DNA of 64,000 nt. Source: Octopus vulgaris (taxonomy: Eukaryota). The notes beneath the pieces were generated by a model. The model saw nothing but the letters and a program-made list of their open reading frames with translations, was not told the origin of the DNA and ran no database searches. The stretch spans positions 137,082,001 through 137,146,000 of the forward strand of contig OX597815.1 of NCBI GenBank assembly GCA_951406725.2, written 5' to 3'. Position numbers and translations under genes: made by a program. This document shows, in pieces, positions 42,363-56,339 of this stretch (the first letter of the stretch is position 1; every line of letters starts with the position of its first letter).

Positions 42363-43414
42363 TATAACTATGTACGTATATAGAGCAAAGGGAAAAAAAG
42401 GATATTGAGATAAACTATATTTGCTTATATATGGATGTGTGAGTGGATGGATGGCTGTATATACTGTATACAGTTATATATTCGTCACGTAACTTCCAAA
42501 GATGTAGTCTTCAATTCAAGTATATTTCACAATTTTACCAGATTTATATCAAATGTTTGTTCTACAGTTATACTGTGAAGAATTTTCACTTTTAATTTCA
42601 TTGACGATCATATCGGTCTTATCTTCAACCTTTAAATGATAAACAGTCTAAATATATGAAAGGTAATCCAAATGCCCAAACAGACAAAATATTGAAATAT
42701 ATTTATTGTTTGAAAGTTTTCGAACCTTCTTTTTATACGAAAATGATAAAAGTGAGATATGCAGGATGGATATACTTGAAATCGAATTCTCATATTTATA
42801 CATATTATTTTTTTTACTTTTCTATAAATTACACACACGCGCGCACACATAGATCTATACATACATACTTACACATGTATATATCCATGTGTACGTATGT
42901 ATATGTGTATATAATATATACAGATATGTACATATCAATCTGTATGCATCCGAGATTATATATATAGGGAAAATTCACAAAAAAGGCAGGTGTTCTAGAC
43001 AACAATCAGATGTATTAGTTTAACGCACGGGAAGTGAAAAGTCTTTAACGTTTCGAGCCTACGCTCTTCCACAGAGAGGAACACTGAAAGAAACAAGGAA
43101 AGAAAATGAAAAGAGAAAATAAAGAGATTATATATATATATATATTATATATATATATATACATATTACATTATTATGTGTGTATATATATTATATATTA
43201 TATATATATATACATTATATATATTGTAAACATATTATATATATATTATATACATATTATATATTATATATATATATAATATATATATCATATATATGTT
43301 ATATATATGTATCATATCATATATTTTATATATATATTATATATGCATATATCATATATGTTGTATATATTATATATGTTATATATATATATTATATACA
43401 TATATATATATATG

Positions 43415-43461
<47 letters not shown>

Positions 43462-43545
43462 CTTAGAATAACTTAGAAAGGTTTTGACCAGTATTGACCC
43501 AGGCCATGTCTAACTTAATAGCACCACCTGGCAAGATATATATAC

Positions 43546-43579
<34 letters not shown>

Positions 43580-43631
43580 TCTATAGATTTACATAGATAT
43601 ATACATGATGAACGGCAACGAGAAACTCAGA

Positions 43632-43714
43632 GTAACAGATTTTGTTGAATTTTCTGCTGCTTAAAATAAAGTATATATGTATATAGATAGATAGATAGAT
43701 ATAGATATAGATGA

Positions 43715-43786
<72 letters not shown>

Positions 43787-43869
43787 TCATCTATATCTAT
43801 ATCTATCTATCTATCTATATACATATATACTTTATTTTAAGCAGCAGAAAATTCAACAAAATCTGTTAC
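43632..43869. repeat. Perfect palindrome of about 238 bp centred on (TA)n
   Basis: The arms are exact reverse complements; ORFs 43581..43790 (-) and 43711..43899 (+) give the same peptide. Confidence 0.95.
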
Positions 43870-43961
43870 CTATGTATATATATATATATATATACATAGG
43901 TAAATAGAGAGAGAGAGAGACATACACCCACACACACACACACACATGTATATATATATAA

Positions 43962-44228
43962 CAATTGCAGCGAGGAAGGTGTTTATATGACATTTAAGAA
44001 ACACACAAAAATCGTTAGATTCACTTCAACATTTAAATTTAATTTTCTAAATATTTTCGTCACTTTGGGACCGGAACATGTTCACTAGCAAAATTCCGTG
44101 ATGTCAGTGAACAGGTTGCGGTCTCAAAGCGACGAAAATATTTTGACAAATTAAATTTAAATATTGAAGTGAATCAAACGGTTTTTGTGTTTCTTAAATG
44201 GCTTATAAAACCCTTCACCCTGCAATTG
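43962..44228. repeat. Imperfect fold-back (about 125-bp arms) carrying hammerhead-like motifs
   Basis: CAATTGCAG...TGTTCACT / AGTGAACAG...CTGCAATTG, with scattered mismatches. Confidence 0.9.
44102..44148 (+). ncRNA. Minimal hammerhead-like motif with G3:C8 core variant
   Basis: TGTCA-GTGAACA-G-GTTGC-ggtctcaaa-GCGAC-GAAA-ATAT-TT-TGACA: 5-bp stem I, 5-bp stem II and palindromic stem III. Confidence 0.6.
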
Positions 44229-44285
44229 CCTTCGTTCCCGCACATGATCTCAGATCAGGTCCCTTGCTATGCAAGTACATCTCCG

Positions 44286-44369
<84 letters not shown>

Positions 44370-44745
44370 ATATGTAAACATATGTGTATGCGTGTGTGTG
44401 CTAATTTATGTGGGAAGTCGGAGAGAGAAGTGCTCAATATATGATGTAGAGGATAATGTGGATCTTAACTATTGACAGTGAACCGAGTTTAACACAGCTG
44501 AACATTGTTGCAATGTTCAGAGTCACACCCTCTATTTCAGGTTCGCTTGTGTGTGTTCTTTGTGTTGGTTGTAAAATTCTACCTCTATATAGATGCATGC
44601 TTGTACATATATGATTACTCTAATATGTGTGTGAGTGGATATAATCCTGTATTTTCGCATTTGTATATGCATAGCATGCGTATGTCACTGTTTGAATGCA
44701 TGTATATATGTATACTTGAAATATAAATGATGGTAAATATTGTTA

Positions 44746-44751
44746 TTTATT
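44746..44751 (-). promoter_or_regulatory. Candidate polyadenylation signal of the nuclear receptor gene
   Basis: AATAAA on the minus strand about 140 nt after the stop codon; the AT-rich background makes a chance match likely. Confidence 0.35.
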
Positions 44752-44888
44752 AAAAGTGTTAAAACAAAAAAATATTTATACTTAGAATATCGAACCAAAA
44801 ACATACAATGAAAATATAAGTATACACTATGAAAACAGTTGATCACAATAAATTAAGAGTATTTTTCTCGTTCATATATGGAATCTGT

Positions 44889-45368
44889 TCAATTTATGTC
44901 TAAGATATCGACAATTAAGAGGAGAAAATCCTCCCACAAGAACTTTTTACTTGCTTCGTTACAGATGTGACCAATCTCTCGTACATCAGATAACTTCATG
45001 ATGATTTGTCTGTAAATGAGACTAGCAATGTTTTCCGGATATTTAGCCTCGATGTACACTTTTAACCAAAAGTCATATTTCTCTTGTGCTGTTTGCAAAA
45101 AGTATTTGTTCTCGACATTTGGTTTGTAGGGATTGAAAAATTCAATGAGCATAAGCATAATCATTATAATCCTATCTTCGTTGGTACACTCTTGAAATGA
45201 TTTTATAAAATATGCAATTTGGTTATATAGTTTCTCTCCCAAGGCGCTCTTCAGAACCATTGGATCTAAACATTTCTCTTGGCCTTTCTGATTCCAGAAT
45301 ACTATGTATTCTCCTCTGAATGAAAATGTCATTGCCGCTCGAATGACGAAAACTTCTCGAATGTTTCC
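44889..45368 (-). CDS. NR1J: NR1J-like receptor, terminal LBD exon (helices 5-12) with stop codon
   Basis: Lies within ORF 44889..45383. tttcag|GNIREVFVIRAAMTF...MLIEFFNPYKPNV...AQEKYDFWLKVYIEAKYP...IIMKLSDVREI...LLLIVDILDIN*. The junction EDYMTIFM|GNIREVFVIR lines up with the HR96-type EDQxxLLK-GxxxE pattern. Confidence 0.9.
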   Translation of the reverse strand, partial: GNIREVFVIRAAMTFSFRGEYIVFWNQKGQEKCLDPMVLKSALGEKLYNQIAYFIKSFQECTNEDRIIMIMLMLIEFFNPYKPNVENKYFLQTAQEKYDFWLKVYIEAKYPENIASLIYRQIIMKLSDVREIGHICNEASKKFLWEDFLLLIVDILDIN

Positions 45369-46082
45369 CTGAAAGAGAAACACACATCCATATATATATA
45401 TATATGTGTATATACATGCAGAGAGAGGGAAAAAGATATTATATAGTTACCTATGTATAAATATACGTATAAAAATACACATATGTTAGCATATTATGTA
45501 TATATGTATATAGAGAGTTACCAGATGAGATCCAGGATGTTCAATATAGAAATCATTTAGTAGTCCTCAAATTAATTGAACTTAGACCTTGAAATCTTTA
45601 TCGACTACTAAGTCCGAAAGGTAAACAGTGCCAATAAAAGGAATCCAGTTGAGCTGATATGGAGATAATGATGCAAATATATAAATAAAAACGCTTCGGC
45701 TTGACATACAAAGTATACACACATATATGTACTTGCTAATATATATAGGAATATAGAGAGAGAGAAACAGACACTGAAAATATTCAGATGAGGAACATTT
45801 ATACATAAGCATATAGATGTATATACTTTGAGAAGAGATATAAATGGAGTATAAAAGATACAGGAAACTAAGGGGAGAGAACATGGTATTTCAGTTGTTT
45901 CGGATTCTCAGAATAACATAATAGTTGTAATGTAGACAGGTGAAGTGTGCAAGAAAAGTCAAGAATATGCAACCAGTAGTGGATGCACATAAACATGACC
46001 ATAAATCCGGCATCCAGGTGGAGAGAGGCTTGCACTGTAAATATGTAAATATTTATATGCTATACATGGATGGTCATCTGCT

Positions 46083-46234
46083 GAATTAGTTTCAGCTTGT
46101 TATCTCTCTCTCTCTCTTTCTCTCTCTCTCCCTCTCTCTTTTTCTCTCTCTCCCTCTCTCTTTTTCTCTCTCTCCCTCTCTCTTTCTCTCTCTCCCTCTC
46201 TCTTTCTCTCTCTCTCTCCCTCTCTCTCTTTCTG

Positions 46235-46272
<38 letters not shown>
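46083..46272. repeat. (CT)-rich polypyrimidine tract
   Basis: Read directly; similar tracts at 7818-8032 and 29627-29725. Confidence 0.95.
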
Positions 46273-46273
<1 letters not shown>

Positions 46274-46988
46274 TACTTTCAGTCTCTGAAGCCCAAGAGT
46301 GTTTATTTATTTGCATCATTATCTCTCTATGTATATACAAGTGTGTGTGTGTGTTAGCTATATCCTGTGGAAGTAAGCGAACGACTATGCGTATATGTGT
46401 GTATGTATAAATATGTATAAATATGTACGTGTGTTTGTTGTTGTATAATGTTTGTTGTATATACACTAGCATAAGTGTGAACTCACATAGTGATTAATGC
46501 GCAAGTGGACATACGTACATATATACCCTTGCATGAGCGTCTAAAAATGGGTGTGTATGTGTACATATATGTGTATGTAGGCATATGCTGGAATATATCT
46601 ATGATGACCTTACCACTTTAATAATGTGTTTAATTTTACTTTCTTGTATAATTTATTTTCTTTATCATTTGTATTGTATTACTTTTAATTACTTCCCGTC
46701 CGTATCCACAGTTTCGCAACTAAATCTGCTCTTTGCTCATTCCTTCTCAATGCATTTAACCTACAACCGCTAGCAACATGCTCTAGTTGATCTAAAGAGC
46801 GAAACATTACAAATGTAAAGAGAAGCTGTATTACATCATCTTGTGAGATGCTTCTGCACCGTAGTATACACAATAATTCAGAGTATAGTTTCCCACTCGT
46901 GAGGGAGCGATGCAGAATGTGCCAAAACGACCGATGTCATAAATAAACTTTTCAGTATTTTCTATCTTCCATATCCATTGTTTCTACG

Positions 46989-47058
<70 letters not shown>

Positions 47059-47096
47059 GCACATACACACACATATATATATATATGTGTGTGTGT

Positions 47097-47399
47097 GGAG
47101 GCGCAATGGCTCAGGGGTTAGCAGACTCGCGGTCATAGGATCGCGGTTTCGATTCCCAGTCCGGGCGTTGTGAGTGTTTTTTGAGCGAAAACACCTAAAG
47201 CTCCCCGAGGCTCCGCCCGGAGGTGGTGGCGATCCCTGCTGTACTCTTTCGCCACAACTTTCTCTCACTCTTTCTTCTGTTGGCCTGCTCGCTTAGCCAG
47301 CGGTGTGACTTCATTTGAAGGATAAAACAATGCGAAACGCATTGTGACCAGCGATGTATAGCAACATCTGATAGCCTGGTCGGTCACGGTGGTCACGGT
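47097..47399 (+). mobile_element. tRNA-derived SINE family C, full length (intronic)
   Basis: GGAGGCGCAATGGCTCAGGGGTTAG (A box) ... GGTTTCGATTCCC (B box); homologous to 19653, 50569 and 51447. Confidence 0.9.
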
Positions 47400-47407
47400 A
47401 ATATATG

Positions 47408-47477
<70 letters not shown>

Positions 47478-47809
47478 GTAGGTACAACATGCTGTTTGTC
47501 TATCTCCTTATTCTATTGGAGATCTTAGGTGAAATTTATACTAATGTGTCCTTCTATTCTAATTTAATTAAATTCTATGTCTTTGTGCTGCTGAAGATTG
47601 CTCTATGTTTTAAATTGATATAATGAAATGATTGCATTATTCAATTAAATGGAGTTGCATGAAACGATCGTACTCCATTACCTCTGGATATCCTTGTTGC
47701 TTATTTTGATTATATGCATATATGTGTATATATATATATACATGTATGTATGTATGTATGTATGTATGTATGTATGTATGTATGTATGTATGTATGTATG
47801 TATGTGTGA

Positions 47810-48121
47810 GTGTATTTTCCGGCGGCTGCAATAGCGTAGCGGAGTATATAAACTCTCATGCCACCACTGTTAAAACACCTAAGTCATGGACAGGCAAGGT
47901 AACTCACTCTCAATCTCACATGGGCGCGATGGACATTGATGTTTTGCAATGTTTGTGGCTTGTGATGCTTACCAGCCACAAAAATGGCGAAACATCGATG
48001 TTCATCACTCCCAAATGGGATTGAAGGAGAGTTATCTTGCCTGTCCATGACATAGGTGTTTCAACACTGGCGACATAAGTTTATATACCCCGCCACGCCA
48101 TTGCAGCCACCGGAAATACAC
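47810..48121. repeat. Fold-back / MITE-like element with imperfect arms of about 95 bp
   Basis: TGTATTTTCCGGCGGCTGCAAT...GGACAGGCAAGGTAACTC mirrors GAGTTATCTTGCCTGTCC...TGCAGCCACCGGAAATACA. Confidence 0.8.
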
Positions 48122-48125
48122 AAAG

Positions 48126-49330
<1,205 letters not shown>

Positions 49331-50030
49331 TTCCGATACAAAAATCAGGGAGCAATATTAAATTTAAATAATGACGTTTGTAACATTTAAGATGTAAATA
49401 CAAACGTAGACCGGCAACCAAGCGTGGATGTTAATTTAATTCTAGCCTGGTTATCTTTCATATAAATCAGTGAATGATTACTTGTATATATGTCTGTGTG
49501 TCTGTATATTGTAAAACACCCAAATGAACTCTTCCAACATCTGAAGCGGTCAATGGACTATAGGAATAGTATTACATATTTCCATATATTACAGAATGTA
49601 TTTAATAACATTGTACGAATTGTATAACATAGTATGAAATATGGTATAAATGATATCGTTTTAATTTGAATTACGACCAACTTATATGAGAAAGTGAAAG
49701 AACGCTAATTTTATCGTGCTTATTGTACGAACTACATAGCTTCATAATTACTATGAAACAAATGACGTTCGTTCACAGAAACATGAGTAAACTTCATTGG
49801 ACTTCTATTCTCAATTAAAACGATTATTCACTTTGTGAGAATTGTAACATGCCTACTGGATCTACATGCCTTTGATTAGCGAAGTGCTCGTGTTAAAATT
49901 GATCGAATTAGAACTGAATTTCCTTAGATAATTAAAGCGCTATGCTAACCAGGTTAGTATATGCAATGCTGTTGAAATGATAGCCTGGACTAAACTTACC
50001 CAGTAACTGTTATACACACACACACATAGG

Positions 50031-50091
<61 letters not shown>

Positions 50092-50542
50092 GGTTGAAAA
50101 GTAACATGCGTGTTGATATGTTATGTATAAGAAAAATAGGAAAGGTAGAAAATGCTAAAATAAATTTATCATGAAAAACATTTTAGTACCAGTTTCAGTA
50201 TTTGCAACTTTTTCAACTTAGAGTAAAGCATAAAAACCATTAAATTGCTGAAAAATTAAATGAAATGGTGTAAAATCAGTGTATTTACGATAAATGAAAT
50301 GGTTTTCTAAAATATTTCCATAGTATTCAATCACATTACACATTGTCCTTTTTTCTCTCTCTCTCCCCTTTACTTTTGTGAAGGCTCGGTAGGTAGGTTG
50401 TAGCAGATCTGAAGAAATATTTAATATTTGAAACTACGATCTAGCGATCGTGAGTGCAGCACCCTAATCACAAACCCATGTGCCCTCATATATACACACA
50501 CATATATGTATATATATATATATACATATATATATATGCGTG

Positions 50543-50568
<26 letters not shown>

Positions 50569-50575
<7 letters not shown>

Positions 50576-50856
50576 ATCACGTGACCGACCAGATCATCAG
50601 ATGTTGTTACATATCGCTAGTCACAATGCGTTCGCATTGTTTTAGCCTTCGAATGACACCACCCCGCTGGCTAAGCGAGCAGGCCAACAGAAGAAAGAGT
50701 GGGAGAAAGAGTGGTGAAAGAGTACAGCAGGGATCACCACACCCTGCCGGAGCCTCGTGGAGCTTTAGGTGTTTTCGCTCAATAAACACTCACAATCCCC
50801 GGTCTGGGAGTCGAAACCGCGAGTCCGCTGCCCTAACCACTAGGCCATTGCGCCTC

Positions 50857-50857
<1 letters not shown>
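50569..50857 (-). mobile_element. SINE family C copy
   Basis: Reverse complement of 47097-47399; flanked by (TA)n and (CA)n(TA)n. Confidence 0.9.
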
Positions 50858-50898
<41 letters not shown>

Positions 50899-51357
50899 AA
50901 TTGAATATTTAAAAGAATAGTGAAATAGTTACATGCATATTTTCATAAGGAGTGCTATGAATATAGTTTATTACTTTATATTGGACGATCAAAGGTTTGC
51001 TATCAGCCAGTAATCAGTACTATTGACTTTAGAGTGGAATTGACATTTCACGTTTTCGTGATATTCGCGGCTGAATGACATCAGCGAAGAAGAGAAATTT
51101 AAATGGCTACAAATCGAAATATTTGTTCTAAAATTGCATGTGTATGTACGTATGTAAGAATGTATGTGTGTATATACTCATACATCTGTGTATATATGTT
51201 TTACGCAAATATTTTAAAGTAGAAATGTACGCGTTTATATCTCAAGCTTTTATATTATATGTATTGATATAAACATATCGTGTCTAGCATAACAGTATAT
51301 GTGTGTGTGAGAAACTGTATATATGCGTATCTGTGTGTGTGTGTATATACATATATA

Positions 51358-51400
<43 letters not shown>

Positions 51401-51446
51401 ATATACTCATGCATAATTATACATACATATATGCATGTGTGTGTGT

Positions 51447-51750
51447 GGAGGCATGTGGTCTAGTGGTTACAACAGCGGACTCGCGGTCGATGAATCGCGG
51501 GTTCAAATCTCAGACCGGGTGATGTGTGTGTTTATGAGCGAAATACCTAAGTTCCACGAGGCTCCGGCAGAAAGTAATGGTGAACTTCTGCTGACTCTTT
51601 CACCACAACTTTCTCTCACTCTTTCCTCTTGCATCTTGTAGGTCACCTGCGACGGACCGGCGTCCCGTCCAGGTAGGGAACCTATACGCCAAGGAAACCG
51701 GGAAAACCGGCCCTATGAGCCAGGCATGGCTCGAGAAGGAACAAACAACA
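51447..51750 (+). mobile_element. SINE family C variant with a different 3' half
   Basis: Family C head and body to ~51626, then CCTGCGACGGACCGGCGTCCCGTCCAGG...GGAACAAACAACA. Confidence 0.8.
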
Positions 51751-51923
51751 TGCGTGTGCGTGTATTTATTTGTGTAAGTGTGTGTGTGTGTGCGCGCGCA
51801 TTGAGCATTGTAGAACAATTAGTGCGTTTCTAGAAAGTTATGTCTGCATTACAAGTATATCCGTGAATGTGCGAGTGGGTTTATATGTGTGTGTGTGTGT
51901 GCATACCAGTGCAAATATATATA

Positions 51924-52545
51924 CGAGGTCTGATCAATAAGTATTCAGACTGTTGTCATAGCAACGAAGCTAAAGCACGCAAGGTAAAGCCGCTTGGAAC
52001 TGATTGACCTTGAACTCTGCTGTGCATGCGCACTAACTTTTATTGGTCTAGCTCACTTCCGCTGTTTACAACAATGCTTAGAAGGAAGGTGTGTAGCGTG
52101 TGATCGTCGCATTGACCATGACAAAGAAAGTTGTCATGGTGATAAATGCTCAGAGGCCTACGCAAATTTGCAGAAAATGTATAGAAAGGAGTTATGAGTT
52201 GCACACATGTGAACGACCGGTTCAGACGCTCGGTTCAAGATGGCCGAAAAAATGTCGATATTGATGAACGTTCTGGGAGACCCGAAACCAGTAGGACTGA
52301 GAAAAACATTGCAGATGTGCATGCAGCTGCGAGGGGAAATCGTCGAATCACCATCTCTGAATTATCGGAGGATGTGATGGTTAGTTACGGTTTAGTTCAG
52401 TCCATTATCCCTGAAGATTTGGGTATGAGACGCGCGTCTGCCATGTTCATGCCAAAACTGCTTTCAGTTGAGCAAGAAAAGACACTCGTGTCTCAGTTGC
52501 ACAAGATATCTTTGTGTCGAAAACGATGAAAACTTCATGAAAACT
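51924..52545 (+). mobile_element. Mariner 5' half (intronic)
   Basis: TA|CGAGGTCTGATCAATAAGT TIR; ORF 52194-52529 DERSGRPETS...RRITISELSE...LGMRRASAMFMPKLL. Confidence 0.88.
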
Positions 52546-53382
52546 TTGCGTAGGCCTCAAGCAGGTATCGCCAAGCTTTTGGCGATAATTTTTAATTTTA
52601 AAATTAATTTTATTTTGTTTATGGAACGAGCTCTTGATTTTCATCCCGACGAACATGTTTACTTTCATTTTGGTAATGCTTTTTTTCTTAAATATATGTG
52701 GGTGAGTGGAAGCATATATGTATAAATGTAATTATTTTTCCAAATAAAATCTACTTCTACGATGAAGCCATACGGTGTTACTCAGGAGCTCAATTATGAG
52801 TACACTGCATCTCATAGCAGAAACGGCTATAAGCTAATGATGTTCATAATATAATCGTTTATTCCTTTGCTATCTTATTTTTTTATTACCACTCCGTACT
52901 CGACTAATACTTGCTTCTGAAGCAAATGTATCCTGAGCCTTACACTGGGTTAGCCTCGCAATATATGATATATATACATATATATATGTATATATATATA
53001 TATATGCATATATTTATATATGTGAATATATATATATTAATAATAATAATACTATGCTTTGGCATTATAAATATATGCACAAAGAAAAGTGGAGGGACTG
53101 CAGGCTCAGATGTGTAACAATGAAGTGAGTGAAATTCAGGTACACATCGAGAAATAGGACGAGAAATATAAAATCGAACATGAATATATTAATATGTTAA
53201 ATATGTTAATGTGTTATAATAAATTTAGACCAGACTCAGTTATATAATTAATTTATAAATAAAAGAAAAGTGGAAGAACTTTAGTAGAAAGAGATTGAAA
53301 GGGTTAAGGAAGTATAAACAAAATATAATAATAAAAGTTTAAATGATTAACAAAAACATAATAAACATAGTTATATACACAC

Positions 53383-53888
53383 CATAAATATTGTCATGTA
53401 ATCTTCATGCGACAATGCTTGAAATTCTGGTAAACTTCTCATGAATGATATCAGCAATGTAATAGCTCTGTTCATATAGTCAATGGGCTCGTTAGGTAAA
53501 TTAGAAATTATATCTCCGCCGTATCTATAATAATTATTGAACAATCTCTCGTGGTGTTCAACAAGCAACCTCAGCGAAGACAGAATATGCCGGCCCTGTT
53601 TGTTAGTGGTCAACATATTCCAATACACATCTGATAGAATAGAATATTTGTCAACAGGCAAAATGATCTGTCTGAATTCTGATTCGACTATTGGTCGGTA
53701 ACATGTAAAAGGACTCATATCTCTGAAGTATTCAAAACTACCGTTATATGACCAGTTTGAAGTCACCGACATGTTCGACTGACTCGAACAGGAACTGGAA
53801 GGTGATGGTAAAGAGGGGTGGAGTGTTTTTGATTTGTTTCTTTTCGCCATGTTTAACTTCTGTCTTCTTTTCTTCAATTGGTCTTCGT
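53383..53888 (-). CDS. NR1J: NR1J-like receptor, hinge and N-terminal ligand-binding-domain exon
   Basis: Lies within ORF 53371..54060. The acceptor tacag|AC completes N-EDQLKKRRQKL, an HR96-like C-terminal extension. Ends with the LBD signature FMRSLPEFQALSHEDYMTIFM|gtgtgt. 506 nt, phase 1/0. Confidence 0.88.
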
Positions 53889-54861
53889 CTGTAATCAACA
53901 AATGAGAGTGTTTTAGAGCAAGAGTAGAAAAGTAAAAAAAAGGAAAGAATACACTCATCATCGTCATCATCACTACTATCCTCATTACGCAAGTCACTAT
54001 ATTCCTTTCCTGTTCATAAATGCCTCTAATATTGTAAATATCAATTTTATGTCCTTTCATTCATGTAGATCGAAAAATAGGTATCAGAAATTTTAGAATG
54101 ATATTGATGATAGATTGATAGCATAATTGCAGAGCAATTTTTTAAAATCTGCCTCATGCCTAAAAGCACCCGATCTTTAGCGCTAGTTTCACAAGTTCGT
54201 AAAACATTTAAAGATTTTCTATTAACTCTTTTCTTTTCTTTTTTCTTAATAAAACTAGAATAAAAAAATGATATTATTGAAATTCTGAACTCCAATTATT
54301 AAACTTCAATTCATTTTTAATCTGTAAAAAAAAGCTTGTACCTCGAATTTTGTAATGTTGAGATGTCAGGTTGAAAACAATATAAACCAATACAAGAATT
54401 TATATTTTATATTTAAGATTCATCAAGAGGAATTTTATAATTACTGTTTGAGTATTGCCCTAAGTAGGTGTTATTTTCCTATCAGTTATATATAACAGCT
54501 TACATGTAACATACAGTAGCCAAACGTTGTTACGTTGGTGTTAGTGTTAATTTGAACTGCTCATACTTGGCTGGGTGGGGCTATGTACAAACACGATTCA
54601 GACTTCCCATGTCCTATTCATTTCGGCATAGAAAAACTTTATTCTAATATATCTTTCCTTTATTCTTAAATAGCAGGATCTGATGAAAAAAAAGGCTTCA
54701 CTTTCATTTGTAGTAAATAAACGAACAGCACTGTGACCGCATTTTGCTTAAACACTTTATTTGTGACGCGCAGATCAATTATATCTCTCCATTCATCTTT
54801 CATATCAATATTCACAAATAAATTTAACAGTAACATTTATATTTTTCTTTAATTCTTTAAA

Positions 54862-55000
54862 ATGTTTCAGCTTCAAAGTTGTGCTCATATTAGGGCACCA
54901 CCTTTGACTGTGCTACACCATTATTTGAAACCTCCTGTGATATGTAACATTTGGTCAATGAGGGAGGTCGATGCCGCTGCCCTCATCTGTGTTTCCTGGT
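54862..55000 (-). mobile_element. CR1/L2-group LINE 3' tail fragment (intronic)
   Basis: atgagggaggtcgatgccgctgccctcatctg matches 10236-10268. Confidence 0.75.
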
Positions 55001-55070
55001 CTATATTATTCATTCCTTTCCCACTTACTACTATAGACATTCATTACTTCTCGCATTCACTTTCACTTAC

Positions 55071-55188
55071 TTAATATCCAGTTTTTCTTCATTCCCACTT
55101 CAAAACAACGCTTCAACCGACAACTGGCGCAGAATTTACGGGTGTGCTGGTCTAGGTGGCATTTATTTTCAAATGTACAAATAAAAAC
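55071..55188 (-). CDS. NR1J: NR1J-like receptor, exon with second zinc finger
   Basis: VFICTFENKCHLDQHTRKFCASCRLKRCFEVGMKKNWIL plus 1 nt. tttcag| acceptor and |gtaagt donor; 118 nt, phase 0/1, in frame with both neighbouring exons. Confidence 0.93.
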
Positions 55189-55390
55189 CTGAAAAGAAAT
55201 ATATCATTTAAGGAGTCTGGTGGAAGCGATAACTGAATTTATTTTTCATTTGCTTACATTTTTATGCTATTTAGGATCAAAATATGTTATCAGTAACTGC
55301 AGTTCACAGTCACAATAGATATAAATAAACACGTAAATGTATATTTTATACACACACACACAAACACACACACACATACACACACATACA

Positions 55391-55454
<64 letters not shown>

Positions 55455-55484
55455 GTACGTTTAAATATGACCATTCCGAAATAT

Positions 55485-55587
<103 letters not shown>

Positions 55588-55615
55588 GATATATATATAT
55601 ATATATAGATATAGA

Positions 55616-55646
<31 letters not shown>

Positions 55647-55707
55647 ACAGGTGTATATGTGTGTATTATATTCTTGTACATTGTGATATATATTATGTAA
55701 TACTAAC

Positions 55708-55872
55708 CTTCTTCTTCAGAGCATTCCGCCTGAAAAATGCTTTGCACGATTCACACGTAATAGCATCAAAGTTGTATCCTAAAGCAACATCTCCACATAC
55801 ACGGCACGTGAGCTTTGAACCATCTTTGGGCTTGGGTCGCCTCTTGTGTTCACTTTTATTTTCTTTTAAAAT
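55708..55872 (-). CDS. NR1J: Nuclear receptor NR1J/HR96-like, exon with first zinc finger of the DNA-binding domain
   Basis: Manual translation gives [55 protein letters not shown]. The [11 protein letters not shown]-box is the hallmark of the NR1J (HR96/DAF-12/NHR-8) group. Bounded by tag| acceptor and |gttagt donor; 165 nt, phase 0/0; no in-frame ATG. Confidence 0.93.
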
Positions 55873-56339
55873 CTATATCGGAATAAATAAGCAGACGCAT
55901 TTATGACTCGTTAGTGGTTTCACAATAATAAAGACATCTTATATGTATTGTTAATAAATGTGAACCTTTAATGTATATAATCTTGTACAACATCCGTTTC
56001 TCTATATATTTCGTTCTTGCTTTTCTCCTGTTCATTTTTTACGTCTCTAAATGCACAAATACACATCTGCATATTGTTTAAACATAATATTACCCATAAA
56101 GCATATGCATATTATCCGTTTTCATTTTATAAACAAAATTCTCAATAAGAGAGCTTGTGCCTTAACTACTGTTATTAATATGGCTATCAGTCGTCTAGTA
56201 TTCTGTTAGCAACAATTTGTCATATCCATTATAAACTTTCACAAATAGGAATATCACAAATAGGAAATAGGATCTATGTATAAAGAAGTATCCCTTCGGT
56301 TTTTCTATCACCATAGTAAATGAGCATGAATCTGTCAAC

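Noticed and set aside
47097-47170. tRNA gene calls from A/B boxes in SINE heads
   Set aside because: No complete cloverleaf, and the sequences continue into SINE bodies.
52566-52587. Hairpin TATCGCCAA-gctt-TTGGCGATA followed by an AT/T-rich run
   Set aside because: It resembles a bacterial terminator but is isolated in a eukaryotic intron with no supporting context.
53889-54060. N-terminal part of ORF 53371..54060 as coding sequence
   Set aside because: It lies upstream of the phase-matched acceptor at 53888, so it is intronic read-through.
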